A DNA stretch of 64,000 nt from an uncultured Erysipelotrichaceae bacterium (GCA_900316365.1 ONCO01000005.1:95621-159620), one strand, 5' to 3'; positions 41,646-51,815 are shown, counted from the first letter of the stretch. Translations and numbers: made by a program. The notes: generated from the letters alone by a model not told the origin.

Positions 41646-42911
41646 ATGAATGTTTTAGAGCCTTTAGCCTTCCGTATCCGCCCGAATAATCTTGATGAGG
41701 TGGTGGGCCAAGAAGCCTTGGTCGGCCCCAATGGCTTCCTTAGGAAGTCAGTAGAGAAGAAAGCCCTCTTCTCTTTGATTCTTTTCGGTAACCCAGGAAC
41801 TGGCAAAACCACGATTGCGGAGGCCTATGCCAAAACTCTGAAAGTCCATTTCGTCAGCCTCAACGCCGTAACGACCTCCAAGAAAGAGATGGAAGCCGCG
41901 GTGGAGGAGGCCAAGCTATGGCATCCATGCATTCTCATCGTCGATGAAGTCCATCGCCTTGATAAGAGCAAACAGGACTTCCTTTTGCCTTATGTCGAGA
42001 ATGGAACCTTCTATCTTATCGGTGCGACTACCGCGAACCCATATATCGCCCTCAATAGGGCCATCCGTTCTAGATGCCGCTTATTGGAAGTTAAGCCATT
42101 AACCGACGAAGAAGTCGTTAAGGGGTTAAGAAGAGCCATCGAGATCGAGAAAGGCTTAAACAAAACATCCGAGTTCGAAGATGAGGCTTTGCATTTCATC
42201 GCTAAGCTCGCCGGCGGCGATATGCGTTTCGCCTTAAATATCCTTGAGGAGGCCGCCGTCCAATTCGGCAAAGGGCCAATCAGCAAAGAAGACGTTGCCT
42301 CCATTGAGATGGTGCCTAACTTTGCGATGGACAAAGATGAAGAGGAGCATTATGACTCCGTTTCCGCCCTTCAGAAATCGATCCGTGGCAAGGACGTTGA
42401 CGCCGCATTGTACTATTTGGCGAGACTTTGTATCGCTGGAGACCTCGACTCGATTTCCAGACGTATGCTCGTATGCGCATATGAAGATATAGGTTTAGGG
42501 AATCCGAATGCCGTTATGCGTTGCCAGATGGCGATTGAAGCGGCGGAGAGGATCGGTTTCCCAGAAGCCGTCATTCCACTAGGCGTCGCGGTCATCGACT
42601 TATGCTTATCTCCTCATTCCCGTTCTGGCGATGAATCCATCCAAAGCGCGATGGCCTTCGCGAAAGAGCAACCATTCGTGGTGCAGGATTACCTTAAGCT
42701 CACCCCGGTCAATATGAGGGAAGAGGATAAATACCCATATGATCGACCGGACCTTTGGGAAAGAATCCAATATCTCCCTGACTTCATCAAGACGATGAGA
42801 TTCTATAAACCACAGGAATCCAGCCAATACGAAAAGATCCTCAACGAGAACTATCGCAGGCTCCTAAAACAGGGCAGAAGCAACGATTTAGCCACTCTGA
42901 AAAAGAAATGA
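41646..42911 (+). CDS. rarA: Replication-associated recombination protein A (AAA+ ATPase)
   Basis: GNPGTGKTTIAEAYAK Walker A, IVDEVHRL Walker B, MgsA C-terminal domain. 421 aa. Confidence 0.9.
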   Translation: MNVLEPLAFRIRPNNLDEVVGQEALVGPNGFLRKSVEKKALFSLILFGNPGTGKTTIAEAYAKTLKVHFVSLNAVTTSKKEMEAAVEEAKLWHPCILIVDEVHRLDKSKQDFLLPYVENGTFYLIGATTANPYIALNRAIRSRCRLLEVKPLTDEEVVKGLRRAIEIEKGLNKTSEFEDEALHFIAKLAGGDMRFALNILEEAAVQFGKGPISKEDVASIEMVPNFAMDKDEEEHYDSVSALQKSIRGKDVDAALYYLARLCIAGDLDSISRRMLVCAYEDIGLGNPNAVMRCQMAIEAAERIGFPEAVIPLGVAVIDLCLSPHSRSGDESIQSAMAFAKEQPFVVQDYLKLTPVNMREEDKYPYDRPDLWERIQYLPDFIKTMRFYKPQESSQYEKILNENYRRLLKQGRSNDLATLKKK

Positions 42912-42923
42912 AAATAATGGAAA

Positions 42924-42959
42924 ACGCTTTCATGGGCTTTTATGCTTGAAAGCGTTTTT
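42924..42959 (+). terminator. Rho-independent terminator after rarA
   Basis: acgctttca-N14-tgaaagcgt + ttttg. Confidence 0.7.
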
Positions 42960-43025
42960 GTTTCGACTATAGTAACGAACCCCCTAGAAAAAATGGGGTG
43001 AAAAAAAGAAAGGAGGTTCGTGACG

Positions 43026-43169
43026 ATGATGTTTGAATTCGATGCTCACAAAGAAAAGAAAGTCTTTGATAACCATAACGATCAGTATTACCAAGCTAGC
43101 CAGAGAAACGACCAAGATAACGCGTTGATCATGGCTCTCCTTGATAATGCCACCGGTTGGCAGAACTAA
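43026..43169 (+). CDS. Small hydrophilic protein (47 aa) with a strong RBS, not in the ORF track
   Basis: aaaggagg is 9 nt upstream of the ATG. Encodes MMFEFDAHKEKKVFDNHNDQYYQASQRNDQDNALIMALLDNATGWQN. Confidence 0.4.
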   Translation: MMFEFDAHKEKKVFDNHNDQYYQASQRNDQDNALIMALLDNATGWQN

Positions 43170-43278
43170 GACAGGGCGGAAACGCCTTTTTCTTTTTATC
43201 ATCTATCCCCGTGAAATATAGATTTGTTTCTCTCCCTTTTGTGATAGACTTATCGAGCCTGATTTCTCGGGTTTAGTT

Positions 43279-43360
43279 GCGGGCGTGGCGGAATGGCAGA
43301 CGCGATAGACTTAGGATCTATTGGGTGACCGTGCAGGTTCAAGTCCTGTCGCCCGCACCA
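43279..43360 (+). tRNA. tRNA-Leu (anticodon TAG), long variable arm
   Basis: GCGGGCGTGGCGGAATGGCAGACGC-GATAGACTTAGGATCTATT-...GGTTCAAGTCCTGTCGCCCGCACCA. Terminator hairpin ccctgac-tat-gtcaggg + T5 at 43377-43398. Confidence 0.88.
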
Positions 43361-43481
43361 AATTTAGAATGAGATTCCCTGACTATGTCAGGGTTTTTCT
43401 TTTGCCTTGCTTAAAAACGCCTATTGTTTGCAAATGAGTGCACATTTTATTTAGAATGGACTCAGAAAGAAGGAAACAACT

Positions 43482-44303
43482 ATGAAAGGAAAACACATTC
43501 TCTTTTTGGCTATTCCGGCCATGATGCTCGCCTCTTGCGGTGGCAACCTCGGCACAGAAGTCACTGATTCGTCGGCAATCAATGACATGCTCAGCAATGT
43601 CGCCACGAAGAGCGAAGACGTCAAAAACTTCAAATTCGTCGTTGATATGAATGGCACCTCCTATGATAAAGAGGCGAAGAAGACCGTTACTTCCAAAGCC
43701 CATATCGTCTACGAACGCAACGAGGACGAAGAAGTCCATTGCAAAACCGAAAGCGAAGAGGACAAGTTAAAGGAAGACATCGACTTCTACTTGGTCAAGA
43801 ACACGACATACCAGCAGGTAATGTACGTTGACACCTACGAAGACGAAGACAAAACCGATTCCAAAAACGGCGAACATACGATTACCTGCATTGGCTATGA
43901 AGGCCATGAACTTGATTTCGCCTTCGGCGCGATGTACACGATCGTTCCATCCATGCTCTTATCTATGGTTATGGATCCTACCTCCTACGTCTCTAGCGTC
44001 GCGGATCAGGAAGAACAGACCGCCACGATCAAGTACTATACCTCCGGCGATAAACTGACCGTTACCGTCAACGTCGTTCCAAAAGAGCTTGAATCCATCA
44101 AGAAGAGCGATGATGAAAACTCCGTCTCCTCGACCATGGAGGTCCATTACGTTAAGAACGTCTTCACCGACGGCGTCGTCGAGTCTACCAGCAACAAGGG
44201 TAACAAACAGAAATACACCATGAAGTTGGAGCAGAAATCCAAATTCGCCATCAACCTCCCATCTGGCTGGGAAACCAAGATTAATCAGGAAGCCGAAGCT
44301 TAA
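43482..44303 (+). CDS. Hypothetical lipoprotein
   Basis: Lipobox LFLAIPAMMLASCGG. Acidic mature domain. Confidence 0.6.
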   Translation: MKGKHILFLAIPAMMLASCGGNLGTEVTDSSAINDMLSNVATKSEDVKNFKFVVDMNGTSYDKEAKKTVTSKAHIVYERNEDEEVHCKTESEEDKLKEDIDFYLVKNTTYQQVMYVDTYEDEDKTDSKNGEHTITCIGYEGHELDFAFGAMYTIVPSMLLSMVMDPTSYVSSVADQEEQTATIKYYTSGDKLTVTVNVVPKELESIKKSDDENSVSSTMEVHYVKNVFTDGVVESTSNKGNKQKYTMKLEQKSKFAINLPSGWETKINQEAEA

Positions 44304-44335
44304 TCAATTGCGGGTTTCCAAAACTGAGTAATCAA

Positions 44336-44368
44336 AGGGCCGCGTGCAATTCGCAACGCGGCCTTTTT
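44336..44368. terminator. Bidirectional terminator between the convergent lipoprotein and ade genes
   Basis: gggccgcgt-gcaattcgca-acgcggcc, flanked by aaag / ttttt. Confidence 0.65.
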
Positions 44369-44395
44369 GGTATCAGATGAAGATTCAGTTGTGGC

Positions 44396-46144
44396 TTAAT
44401 GGATGCCGTTTACTTCCACCGGAATGAATTGGAAGGAAGGAACGTCGAATAAGCCTCTATCGGTTAACTTGATTTCCGGGATAACGCATAAGGACATGAA
44501 GCTTAAGGTCATGACTGGGTTAACGTCTTCGGAGATTTCGAGGTGTTTTCTGGATGCTTCGGTGATGGCGTTAAGTCTCTCCATGACCCATTCTCCGCTT
44601 TGATCGGACATGATGCCGGCGATTGGCATCGGCATGCTTTCGATTACTTTGCCGCCTTCGATTAAGACGATGCCGCCTTTTTGTTCGGCGAGCGAGGTGA
44701 TGGCAAATGCCATATCATCATCGTTCGTGCCGACGACGATCATGTTGTGGGAATCATGGGCAACGGATAAGGCAATCGCGCCTCTTTTTAAGCCATAGCC
44801 TTTCATAAAGCCGCAGCCGACTTTGCCGGTGCCTTTATGTCTTTCGACGACCGCAACCTTGACGATGTCTTGCTTCTCATCAAAGATGAATTCGCCATCT
44901 TTATCGAGTTTAACCTTAACCGGGACCTTCTTGGTAAGAACGCCGCCAGGGAGAATCTCAATAGCCCAAACTTCATCCGACTTGAGGTGCATCTTGAATT
45001 TCTCTTTGGAGAAGTCGCCGATATGGATGGAGCCGGAGACAGAATCGATTGGCTCTTTGCTAAAGCTTGGGAGGTATTTGCCGTCTTCAGCGACGAGTTC
45101 GCCTTTTGCAAAGACTTTGCGGACCTTGAAGTCTTTTAGATCATCGAGGAGGACGATATCGGCAAGGTAGCTTGGGGCGATCGCGCCTTTATCGTACATA
45201 TGGAAGCATTCCGCGGCGTTAAGGGTGGCGAAACGGATGGCTTCGATTGGATCGATGCCCGCTTCGACGCACATGCGGAGGGAGTTGTCTAAGTGGCCTA
45301 AGGTAAGGATGGTCTTTGGCTGGCGGTCATCGGAGCAGAGGAGAATGCGCCTGCTATTGCCTTTGCTGACGCCTTTGACAAGGTTATTGAGGTCATGGCA
45401 AACGGTGCCTTGTCTAAGCATGACATAGACGCCTTGGCGGAGTCTTTCCTCCATGCCCAAAAGGCTTTCGCATTCATGGTCATCGCGGATGCCGGCGGAG
45501 ATATAGGCGGTTAAGTCTTTGCCATGGACTCCAGGGGCGTGGCCGTCGATTACTTTTCCGCCGAGATTCTTCGCGGCGATGATCTTATCTAAATCCAAGT
45601 CAGCGCAGCCAATGACGCCTGGGTAATTCATGAATTCGGCTAGACCTAGGACGTTCTCGCGACGGAGAGGTTCTTCCATGTCTTCCGCTTTAACGATCGC
45701 GCCAGCGTCTTCGAATGGGGTGGCAGGGACGCAGCTTGGGATCTGGAATTTGATATCTAATTTGGTGTTCTTGGCGGCCTTCATCATGTAGTCGAGGCCA
45801 GGGATGCCGCAGACATTGACGATTTCGTGCGGGTCAGCAACGATGGTGGTTCCGCCATGCGGGACGATGATACGACCAAGTTCCTCTGGGGAGAGGTAGG
45901 ACGATTCGATATGGATATGGCAATCGATGAAGCCTGGGGCGGCATACATCCCTTTGCCATCGATTTCCTTTTCGCCTTCATAGGAGCCAACGCCGGCGAT
46001 CCATTTGCCAGAAATCGCGATATCGACATCTTCTTGGATCTCCGCGGTGAAAACGTTGACGAGGTTGACGTGTTTGATGACCAAATCGGCTTTGATGTCG
46101 CCGTGGGCCGTCTTAATCAGCTTGCTGAGCTCTTCTTTATTCAT
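44396..46144 (-). CDS. ade: Adenine deaminase
   Basis: Amidohydrolase metal site GFIDCHIHIESS. ~580 aa. Start placed at MNKEELSK. Confidence 0.85.
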   Translation of the reverse strand: MNKEELSKLIKTAHGDIKADLVIKHVNLVNVFTAEIQEDVDIAISGKWIAGVGSYEGEKEIDGKGMYAAPGFIDCHIHIESSYLSPEELGRIIVPHGGTTIVADPHEIVNVCGIPGLDYMMKAAKNTKLDIKFQIPSCVPATPFEDAGAIVKAEDMEEPLRRENVLGLAEFMNYPGVIGCADLDLDKIIAAKNLGGKVIDGHAPGVHGKDLTAYISAGIRDDHECESLLGMEERLRQGVYVMLRQGTVCHDLNNLVKGVSKGNSRRILLCSDDRQPKTILTLGHLDNSLRMCVEAGIDPIEAIRFATLNAAECFHMYDKGAIAPSYLADIVLLDDLKDFKVRKVFAKGELVAEDGKYLPSFSKEPIDSVSGSIHIGDFSKEKFKMHLKSDEVWAIEILPGGVLTKKVPVKVKLDKDGEFIFDEKQDIVKVAVVERHKGTGKVGCGFMKGYGLKRGAIALSVAHDSHNMIVVGTNDDDMAFAITSLAEQKGGIVLIEGGKVIESMPMPIAGIMSDQSGEWVMERLNAITEASRKHLEISEDVNPVMTLSFMSLCVIPEIKLTDRGLFDVPSFQFIPVEVNGIH

Positions 46145-46405
46145 ATTTCTCCTTGGCAATTGAGGGAAAAAATAAATAACAGGCGACACTATTAGCCTCG
46201 CCTGATAGTTACTTTTTCAAAGAAATGACGGTGCCACCCGTCGACTTATCAATTCATTGTAAATGAAAGGCTTAAAGACTTTTCAAAGAGAGCGGTTTCA
46301 ATCGATTGGGAAAATAGCTGCAGGTGTCATTTCCGTTTTTTTCTTCACTTTCCATTATAATGAAGGCAAAGAGATACATACGTTCTCTAATAAAGGAGGC
46401 GACTT

Positions 46406-47440
46406 ATGAAGAAGAAAAACCTTTTGCTTATCCTTCTCCCGTTTTTCCTAGCTGGGTGTTCTTTGCTAAGGAGCACCCCGCGTAATGACAGTTACACCCC
46501 AGTGATACCTGAAGAGACATCTAGCTCTAAAGCGGCAGCGGATCACACGAACGTAAGATTCGTCACTGCTTCTGATGCCACCCAATATGAAATGCAGGTC
46601 CTTCAGCCTGGAGAGAAGCCAACTGATCCTGGTGAACCGGAAAGGTATGGTTACGTCTTTGAAGGTTGGTACGCTGACGAGGACTATAAAAAAGGCTTTG
46701 ATTTCAATAAGACCTATGATGAGGAGGACATCTACGTCTATGCCAAATGGGCAAAGATTGATTATTACCTCTACGGCTATGTCGATAACACCGAGATTTC
46801 GGAGAAAGAGACGAGAGAAAGCTCCGTTTATCATTTCGTTAAGCCTGAAGGCCAATACAAAGAGGCAGGGGCGACCGGCGTTTTATATAACATCCACCTT
46901 CTCCCCTATGATGACTTGAAGGTCTTAGTTGTCCGCGAGGACGGCACTCCACATAACGGCGCATACTCCTCTGGCTCCTTCAGGACCCCGGGTTATTACA
47001 ACGTCATCTTCCTCGCCGAAACAAATTCCCTCCAATTCGACCTCCTCGAAGCCGATGAATGGGTGGTGGAATTCCGCACCCCGCATACCGAAGGCGAACT
47101 TGTAACCACTTTTGAGAAAGATCATGACGAAGGCAATAAATCCATATTCATAGCCCATGACCTCCATGTCACCGTTGGCTTGAAGGTTGTGATCATCTTT
47201 GCCTATTCGGGCAATTACGAAAAGAGCAAATTCTCATCCAATTTTGAGATGGTCGGATTTGGCGATAGAGAAAGTGATTACGTGACTTGGTATCAGATCC
47301 AAGATCCTCTTGTTGACTACGCGCATCAAAATGGCATTGAATTCCATGTAGATCGCTATTACGACGTCTCTTTGGCTATCACTGCCGATTTAACCCAGTT
47401 TAACGAGTTGATCCTAACGTTTACCCCATCTCGTTCCTAA
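46406..47440 (+). CDS. Lipoprotein with a Listeria-Bacteroides repeat (Flg_new-like) module
   Basis: Lipobox LLPFFLAGCS. YGYVFEGWYADEDYKKGFDFNKTYDEEDIYVYAKW matches the Flg_new repeat pattern. Confidence 0.6.
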   Translation: MKKKNLLLILLPFFLAGCSLLRSTPRNDSYTPVIPEETSSSKAAADHTNVRFVTASDATQYEMQVLQPGEKPTDPGEPERYGYVFEGWYADEDYKKGFDFNKTYDEEDIYVYAKWAKIDYYLYGYVDNTEISEKETRESSVYHFVKPEGQYKEAGATGVLYNIHLLPYDDLKVLVVREDGTPHNGAYSSGSFRTPGYYNVIFLAETNSLQFDLLEADEWVVEFRTPHTEGELVTTFEKDHDEGNKSIFIAHDLHVTVGLKVVIIFAYSGNYEKSKFSSNFEMVGFGDRESDYVTWYQIQDPLVDYAHQNGIEFHVDRYYDVSLAITADLTQFNELILTFTPSRS

Positions 47441-47453
47441 AGGAAAAGATGTT

Positions 47454-48512
47454 TTAGGCTATAAATAGTGGCCAAGTCATAGCGAGTTTAACCAAGGCGA
47501 ACATCGCTGGAATAGCGATAAGGCATAACAAGGTAGTTAAGAATAAGGTGTCGCTGGCGACATAGCTTTCCTTATCGTTCTGGACCGTGAAGACTACGAG
47601 GACCGCGCTTACTGGGGCAGTCATGCCAATAACTAAGGCGGCTAATTGGAATTCGCTGAAATGCATCCAGCCAAAAGCTTCCAAGGCGCAGCAGATGCCG
47701 AATACGAATAAAGGCACGAAGAAGGTGTGGAGCAAGGAAAGAATCCACGCGGTTTTGTTCTTGATGGCGTCTAAGAACTTAGCCTCACCAAGGGTGGAGC
47801 CGATAAGGATCATGCATAGCGGGGTGGCCATGACATCGCCGAACTCAATGACCTTGAAGAGCATTGGAGCGGTCTTATCGATTCTTAAGAAGCCATAGCT
47901 CGCTTCATCGACTTGGATTTGCCAAGTGATGTTTTGGGTTAGCCAGATGATTAAGCCCAATAGCATCATGATCATGATTGGGTTAAGGAAGATTTTCCTT
48001 AAGGTCGGGCCAACGGTCTCTTTGCTGAGTTTGGTTCCGCTGATGGAGATGAAGGCATAGAAATATAAGACGATGCGGAAAGCGAGGGTCATCATCGAGG
48101 CCGGGATTAAGACCTCGGAGACGTTATTGACGTAGATAGACTTAAGAAGTGGGATCGAGAAGAAGGTCAATTGACCGAGGGCCATGATGATCGCATAGAC
48201 GGTTCTCTTGCTCTTTTCCTCGCGTAAGAAAAAGAGGTTGCCTAAGAGAATTAACGATACATATAGGCCTAACTCTAAAACGAAGATAAGGATATTGGTC
48301 CAGAAAGTGGATGGGTCGAAGTCGCTCATGAAGGCAGCGAAGGCCATGCATGGGATGGCGATCTTCATGACGATGGCGCTGATGGCTTTCTTGCCGTCTT
48401 CCTTAATCAGACCAAGGCGAGATAAGACATATCCGAGAACGATAAAGACGATCGTGGCGAGCATCGCCCCGAGGAAGTGCTGATCGGTGAATATGTCCTT
48501 GATGATTTGCAC
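47454..48512 (-). CDS. AEC (auxin efflux carrier) family transporter
   Basis: MQIIKDIFTDQHFLGAMLATIVFIVLGY... 10-TM AEC architecture. 352 aa. Confidence 0.8.
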   Translation of the reverse strand: MQIIKDIFTDQHFLGAMLATIVFIVLGYVLSRLGLIKEDGKKAISAIVMKIAIPCMAFAAFMSDFDPSTFWTNILIFVLELGLYVSLILLGNLFFLREEKSKRTVYAIIMALGQLTFFSIPLLKSIYVNNVSEVLIPASMMTLAFRIVLYFYAFISISGTKLSKETVGPTLRKIFLNPIMIMMLLGLIIWLTQNITWQIQVDEASYGFLRIDKTAPMLFKVIEFGDVMATPLCMILIGSTLGEAKFLDAIKNKTAWILSLLHTFFVPLFVFGICCALEAFGWMHFSEFQLAALVIGMTAPVSAVLVVFTVQNDKESYVASDTLFLTTLLCLIAIPAMFALVKLAMTWPLFIA

Positions 48513-48577
48513 GTGCTATAGCATACGCTTTTTTCTAAAAGAAAAGCGCCCCTTTTATTAGGAAGCGCTTAAGCGAC

Positions 48578-51565
48578 TTATTCTTCTTTCTTTTTGGCTT
48601 TCCTGAAGATGGCGAAGCCGATGAAGCCCATGCCGATTGCATAGAGCGATGTTAAGCCGATGAGGATGAATTTGTAATTCGCGAAGCCGACAGCGATACC
48701 GGATTTGCCGATGAAGCCGTTCATAGTCAGGGAATTGGCGACCGCATAAGCGATGTTCTTCATGGCTTTTTCCGCGTAGTAGGAAGCGACAGGATCATCA
48801 CCGACGATTTCGTTCTTGCCGATGGTGTCGAGTTTGGCGTCGCCGCCCGCGAGGAGCATCTGCTTATCATCCATATAACCATTGACGTCCCAGTCGGTTA
48901 AGACCATGCCGCGTAAACCGAATTCGCCGCGGAGGACGTTGGTGATTAAGTTGTAGTTGCCACCGGTCCAGGTGGTGCCTAAACGGTTATAGGAGGTCAT
49001 GAGGCCTTTGACGGTTGGGAGGATAGCTTCCTTTAAGACGTAGGAGCCATCATCTTGCCGCTCATTGTATTTGACCGCGGAATCCTCGGTCTTGATGGTC
49101 ATCTCGAATGGTTTGAGATAAATCTCGCGGATGGCCTGCTCATTGGACCAGGTGATTAAGCCGTTGGTGTCGCGGTGGGTTTCCTGATCATTGAGACCGC
49201 AGTGCTTGATGAAGCAGATGAGGCCACGTTTAGAGGCGGCCGCGGTTTCTTTCTCGCCCATAACGCCACTGATGAATGGGTCTTCGGAATAGTATTCGAA
49301 GTTACGACCGGAGAATGGGGTGCGGTGGATATTCATGCCAGGGGCATACCAACCGCCGACTTTGGTCCAGATCGCTTCTTCGCCGATCATGTCGCCCATC
49401 TTCTCGGCGAGGTCTTCGTTCCAAGTGGAAGCAAGCGCAAGTTCGCTTGGCCAGCTCATGCAACGGGAGCCATCGGAGAACTGTTTGGAGTCGTGGTCTG
49501 GGAGGATGTTAAGACCCGCTGGGCCATCTAAGACTTCGCTATCAGGCATGGTGATGTGGCTGACGCCTGGGATGCCATAGCCGGAGTGAGCGATGGTCTC
49601 GCCGATTTCGTCATAAGTGCAGCCAGCGACGATCTCATCGTAAAGCGGATCATCGACGGATAAGCCACGGAGTTCGACGAGTTTTAAATCGGTCTTCTTT
49701 CTCGGGCTTAGTTTGGCGTCGGTTTTGACATTCGGGTTGAGGGAGTCTTTGGAATCGAGTTTGGCCTTAAGCTCAGCATCAAGGGTATGCATGTAGCGTT
49801 TGCCGCCTGGGTTGGAGTTCCAAGTTGTCTCGGAGACATAACCATAGAAGAGACCGTTATTCTCCATCATGCTCCAGTTGGAACGGGAGAGATAGTCGAC
49901 GTCTTTTAAGGTCGCGTGGTCAAACTGATTGGTGATTGGGGTGTTGGTCCTGGTGTCTTTGGCGTATTTGCTCTGATCCAAAGAGGCGATGGTGACGGTA
50001 TGCACGCTGTCGCTAGTGACTTCTTCATCAGGAGTGTTGCCTTTTTTCTTAAGGATGCGGTTGACCGCTTCATGGGCGTTCTTGCCGGCGGTGAAGTAAT
50101 AATTGCCAGCATCGAGGACATAGGTCTTCGCGCCTTTAGCGTCGTAAGCCTTCATGGATTCGATATTGGCTTTGGCGGTAACGACTTCGGATTCACCTGG
50201 GGCCAAGAGCTTGGTCTTGGTGAAGCCGATTAATTCGATCGCGCTCTTCTCGATGCCGTTATTCTGGTCGTATTCGGTATATGGGGATTGGCCATAGAAC
50301 TGGACAACGTCCTTACCGCTATAGGTGGAGGAGGTGTTGGTGACCTTGACGGAGAAGGTGATTTCGCCGCTCTCGGAATCATAGGCGGTCTCGTAATCGG
50401 ACCAGGAGAAGTCGGCGTAGCTTAAGCCATAGCCGAATGGGTAGAGGACGTTCTTGGAATAATCGAATGTTCCGACGTTCTCCCTATTGGTGACGACGTC
50501 TTCGTAACGGGTTTCGTAATAGCGATATCCGACATAGATGCCTTCGTTATAGGCGACATAGTAGTAATTGGTGCTGCCTTCATAACGGAAATCGCCGAAG
50601 TTCTGCATCGCCGGGGAAGAGAAGTTGTCGTAGACATAAGTATCGACAAGGTGTCCGGATGGGGAGAAGGAAGTGCCGTCGAGCTTCTTGCCGACGAGGA
50701 CTTCGCCTAAACCGACGGTGCCGGTTCTTCCGCTTCCGGCGAAATGGAGGACGGTATCGACATGGGCGTAATCCTTAACCCAGCCGAGTTCCATCGCGTT
50801 ATTGGTGTTATCTATGAGGATGACGTGCTCAAAGTTCTCGTTGAGATAGTTGATGATGGCGAGTTCGTCCTCATTTGGTTCGAGATAATGCTGCTCCTTC
50901 TTGCCGCCATAGGCGCTCATGTTGCGGGCAAGGTCCATGCCTTCGCCGCCGGTGCGGGACAAGATAAAGATTGGTGTGGTGCCTTTGGCGCTATCAAGGA
51001 GGCCAGCTTCGCCCTGGAGGACGTTAAGCGGGCATTCATTGATGGCCCAGTCTTCGCCGCGTCCGAAGTTAACGGATCCGACGCCGCGACGATAGGATTT
51101 GCCTTTGCCGTCCTTATAGAAAGACCAGAGTTTGTTATTAACTTTGAGGCCATTCTGCTCTAAGCCATCCTTGAGGGTGGTGGAGAGTTCGACCGAGGAA
51201 GCGCCAGAACCGGAGCCGCCATAGGTGAAATCAACGCTCGAAGAAGAGAAGAGGGAAACGGTGGTGTCCTTAGCTAAAGGAAGCACATGGGCATCATTCT
51301 TTAAAAGTACTGCGCCCTCGGACGCGATTTCGGCGACGAGCTCGTTCTCGGCCTTCTTCAAAGACGCCAAAGAATCGAAGGTCTTTGGATTGTAGTTGCC
51401 ATCACCTTTTGGGACATTGGTCGGGTGATCCTCGTCGGCCTTCTTTAAGAAGGTGGTGAGGATGTAGTCGTATTTAGTGAGGGCGAGGACGTCAACGGTG
51501 ACCGTTAGCGCGGTGATGACCGCGGCGATCGAAGACATCAAAATTATGAAAGGTTTCTTTTTCAT
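48578..51565 (-). CDS. Glycoside hydrolase family 3 beta-glucosidase-like, cell-surface. N-terminal signal, C-terminal TM anchor, apparently permuted domain order
   Basis: GH3 C-domain-like PIFILSRTGGEGMD near the N-terminus. GH3 catalytic region GMVLTDWD near the C-terminus. Fn3-like YYVAYNEGIYVGYRYYE. C-terminal hydrophobic GLTSLYAIGMGFIGFAIF then KAKKKEE. Confidence 0.7.
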   Translation of the reverse strand: MKKKPFIILMSSIAAVITALTVTVDVLALTKYDYILTTFLKKADEDHPTNVPKGDGNYNPKTFDSLASLKKAENELVAEIASEGAVLLKNDAHVLPLAKDTTVSLFSSSSVDFTYGGSGSGASSVELSTTLKDGLEQNGLKVNNKLWSFYKDGKGKSYRRGVGSVNFGRGEDWAINECPLNVLQGEAGLLDSAKGTTPIFILSRTGGEGMDLARNMSAYGGKKEQHYLEPNEDELAIINYLNENFEHVILIDNTNNAMELGWVKDYAHVDTVLHFAGSGRTGTVGLGEVLVGKKLDGTSFSPSGHLVDTYVYDNFSSPAMQNFGDFRYEGSTNYYYVAYNEGIYVGYRYYETRYEDVVTNRENVGTFDYSKNVLYPFGYGLSYADFSWSDYETAYDSESGEITFSVKVTNTSSTYSGKDVVQFYGQSPYTEYDQNNGIEKSAIELIGFTKTKLLAPGESEVVTAKANIESMKAYDAKGAKTYVLDAGNYYFTAGKNAHEAVNRILKKKGNTPDEEVTSDSVHTVTIASLDQSKYAKDTRTNTPITNQFDHATLKDVDYLSRSNWSMMENNGLFYGYVSETTWNSNPGGKRYMHTLDAELKAKLDSKDSLNPNVKTDAKLSPRKKTDLKLVELRGLSVDDPLYDEIVAGCTYDEIGETIAHSGYGIPGVSHITMPDSEVLDGPAGLNILPDHDSKQFSDGSRCMSWPSELALASTWNEDLAEKMGDMIGEEAIWTKVGGWYAPGMNIHRTPFSGRNFEYYSEDPFISGVMGEKETAAASKRGLICFIKHCGLNDQETHRDTNGLITWSNEQAIREIYLKPFEMTIKTEDSAVKYNERQDDGSYVLKEAILPTVKGLMTSYNRLGTTWTGGNYNLITNVLRGEFGLRGMVLTDWDVNGYMDDKQMLLAGGDAKLDTIGKNEIVGDDPVASYYAEKAMKNIAYAVANSLTMNGFIGKSGIAVGFANYKFILIGLTSLYAIGMGFIGFAIFRKAKKKEE

Positions 51566-51713
51566 AGGGTTACCTCGTAAGCCCTTACAATGTAGGTAAA
51601 CCCGCCTTTTTATTCATCAGTCTCGTCACAACTCGCCTTTTTTCTGACATAGTTGCGGTCTATGCGCGTGCATAGGCAAAAGAAAAGTCCGATTGGAGGC
51701 GGACAAAATCACT

Positions 51714-51742
51714 TTATGACAAAAAATCGCCTAGTTATGACA
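51714..51742 (+). promoter_or_regulatory. Direct repeats TTATGACA-N13-TTATGACA (21-bp periodicity) upstream of the GH16-CBM gene. Candidate LytTR-type regulator site overlapping the putative promoter
   Basis: Exact 8-bp repeats at 51714-51721 and 51735-51742. CATAAT -10-like at 51741-51746. ATG at 51816. Confidence 0.35.
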
Positions 51743-51815
51743 TAATGCGTTGAAGGCGAAAGCGGAAAAAGAAAGGCTTATATGTAAGCGATTACAAGCG
51801 AAGGAGTGCACACGC

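Noticed and set aside
46145-46405. Purine riboswitch upstream of adenine deaminase
   Set aside because: Searched the minus-strand leader for the conserved UAUA...GUUUCUACC...CCGUAAAU core. Only generic hairpins were found.
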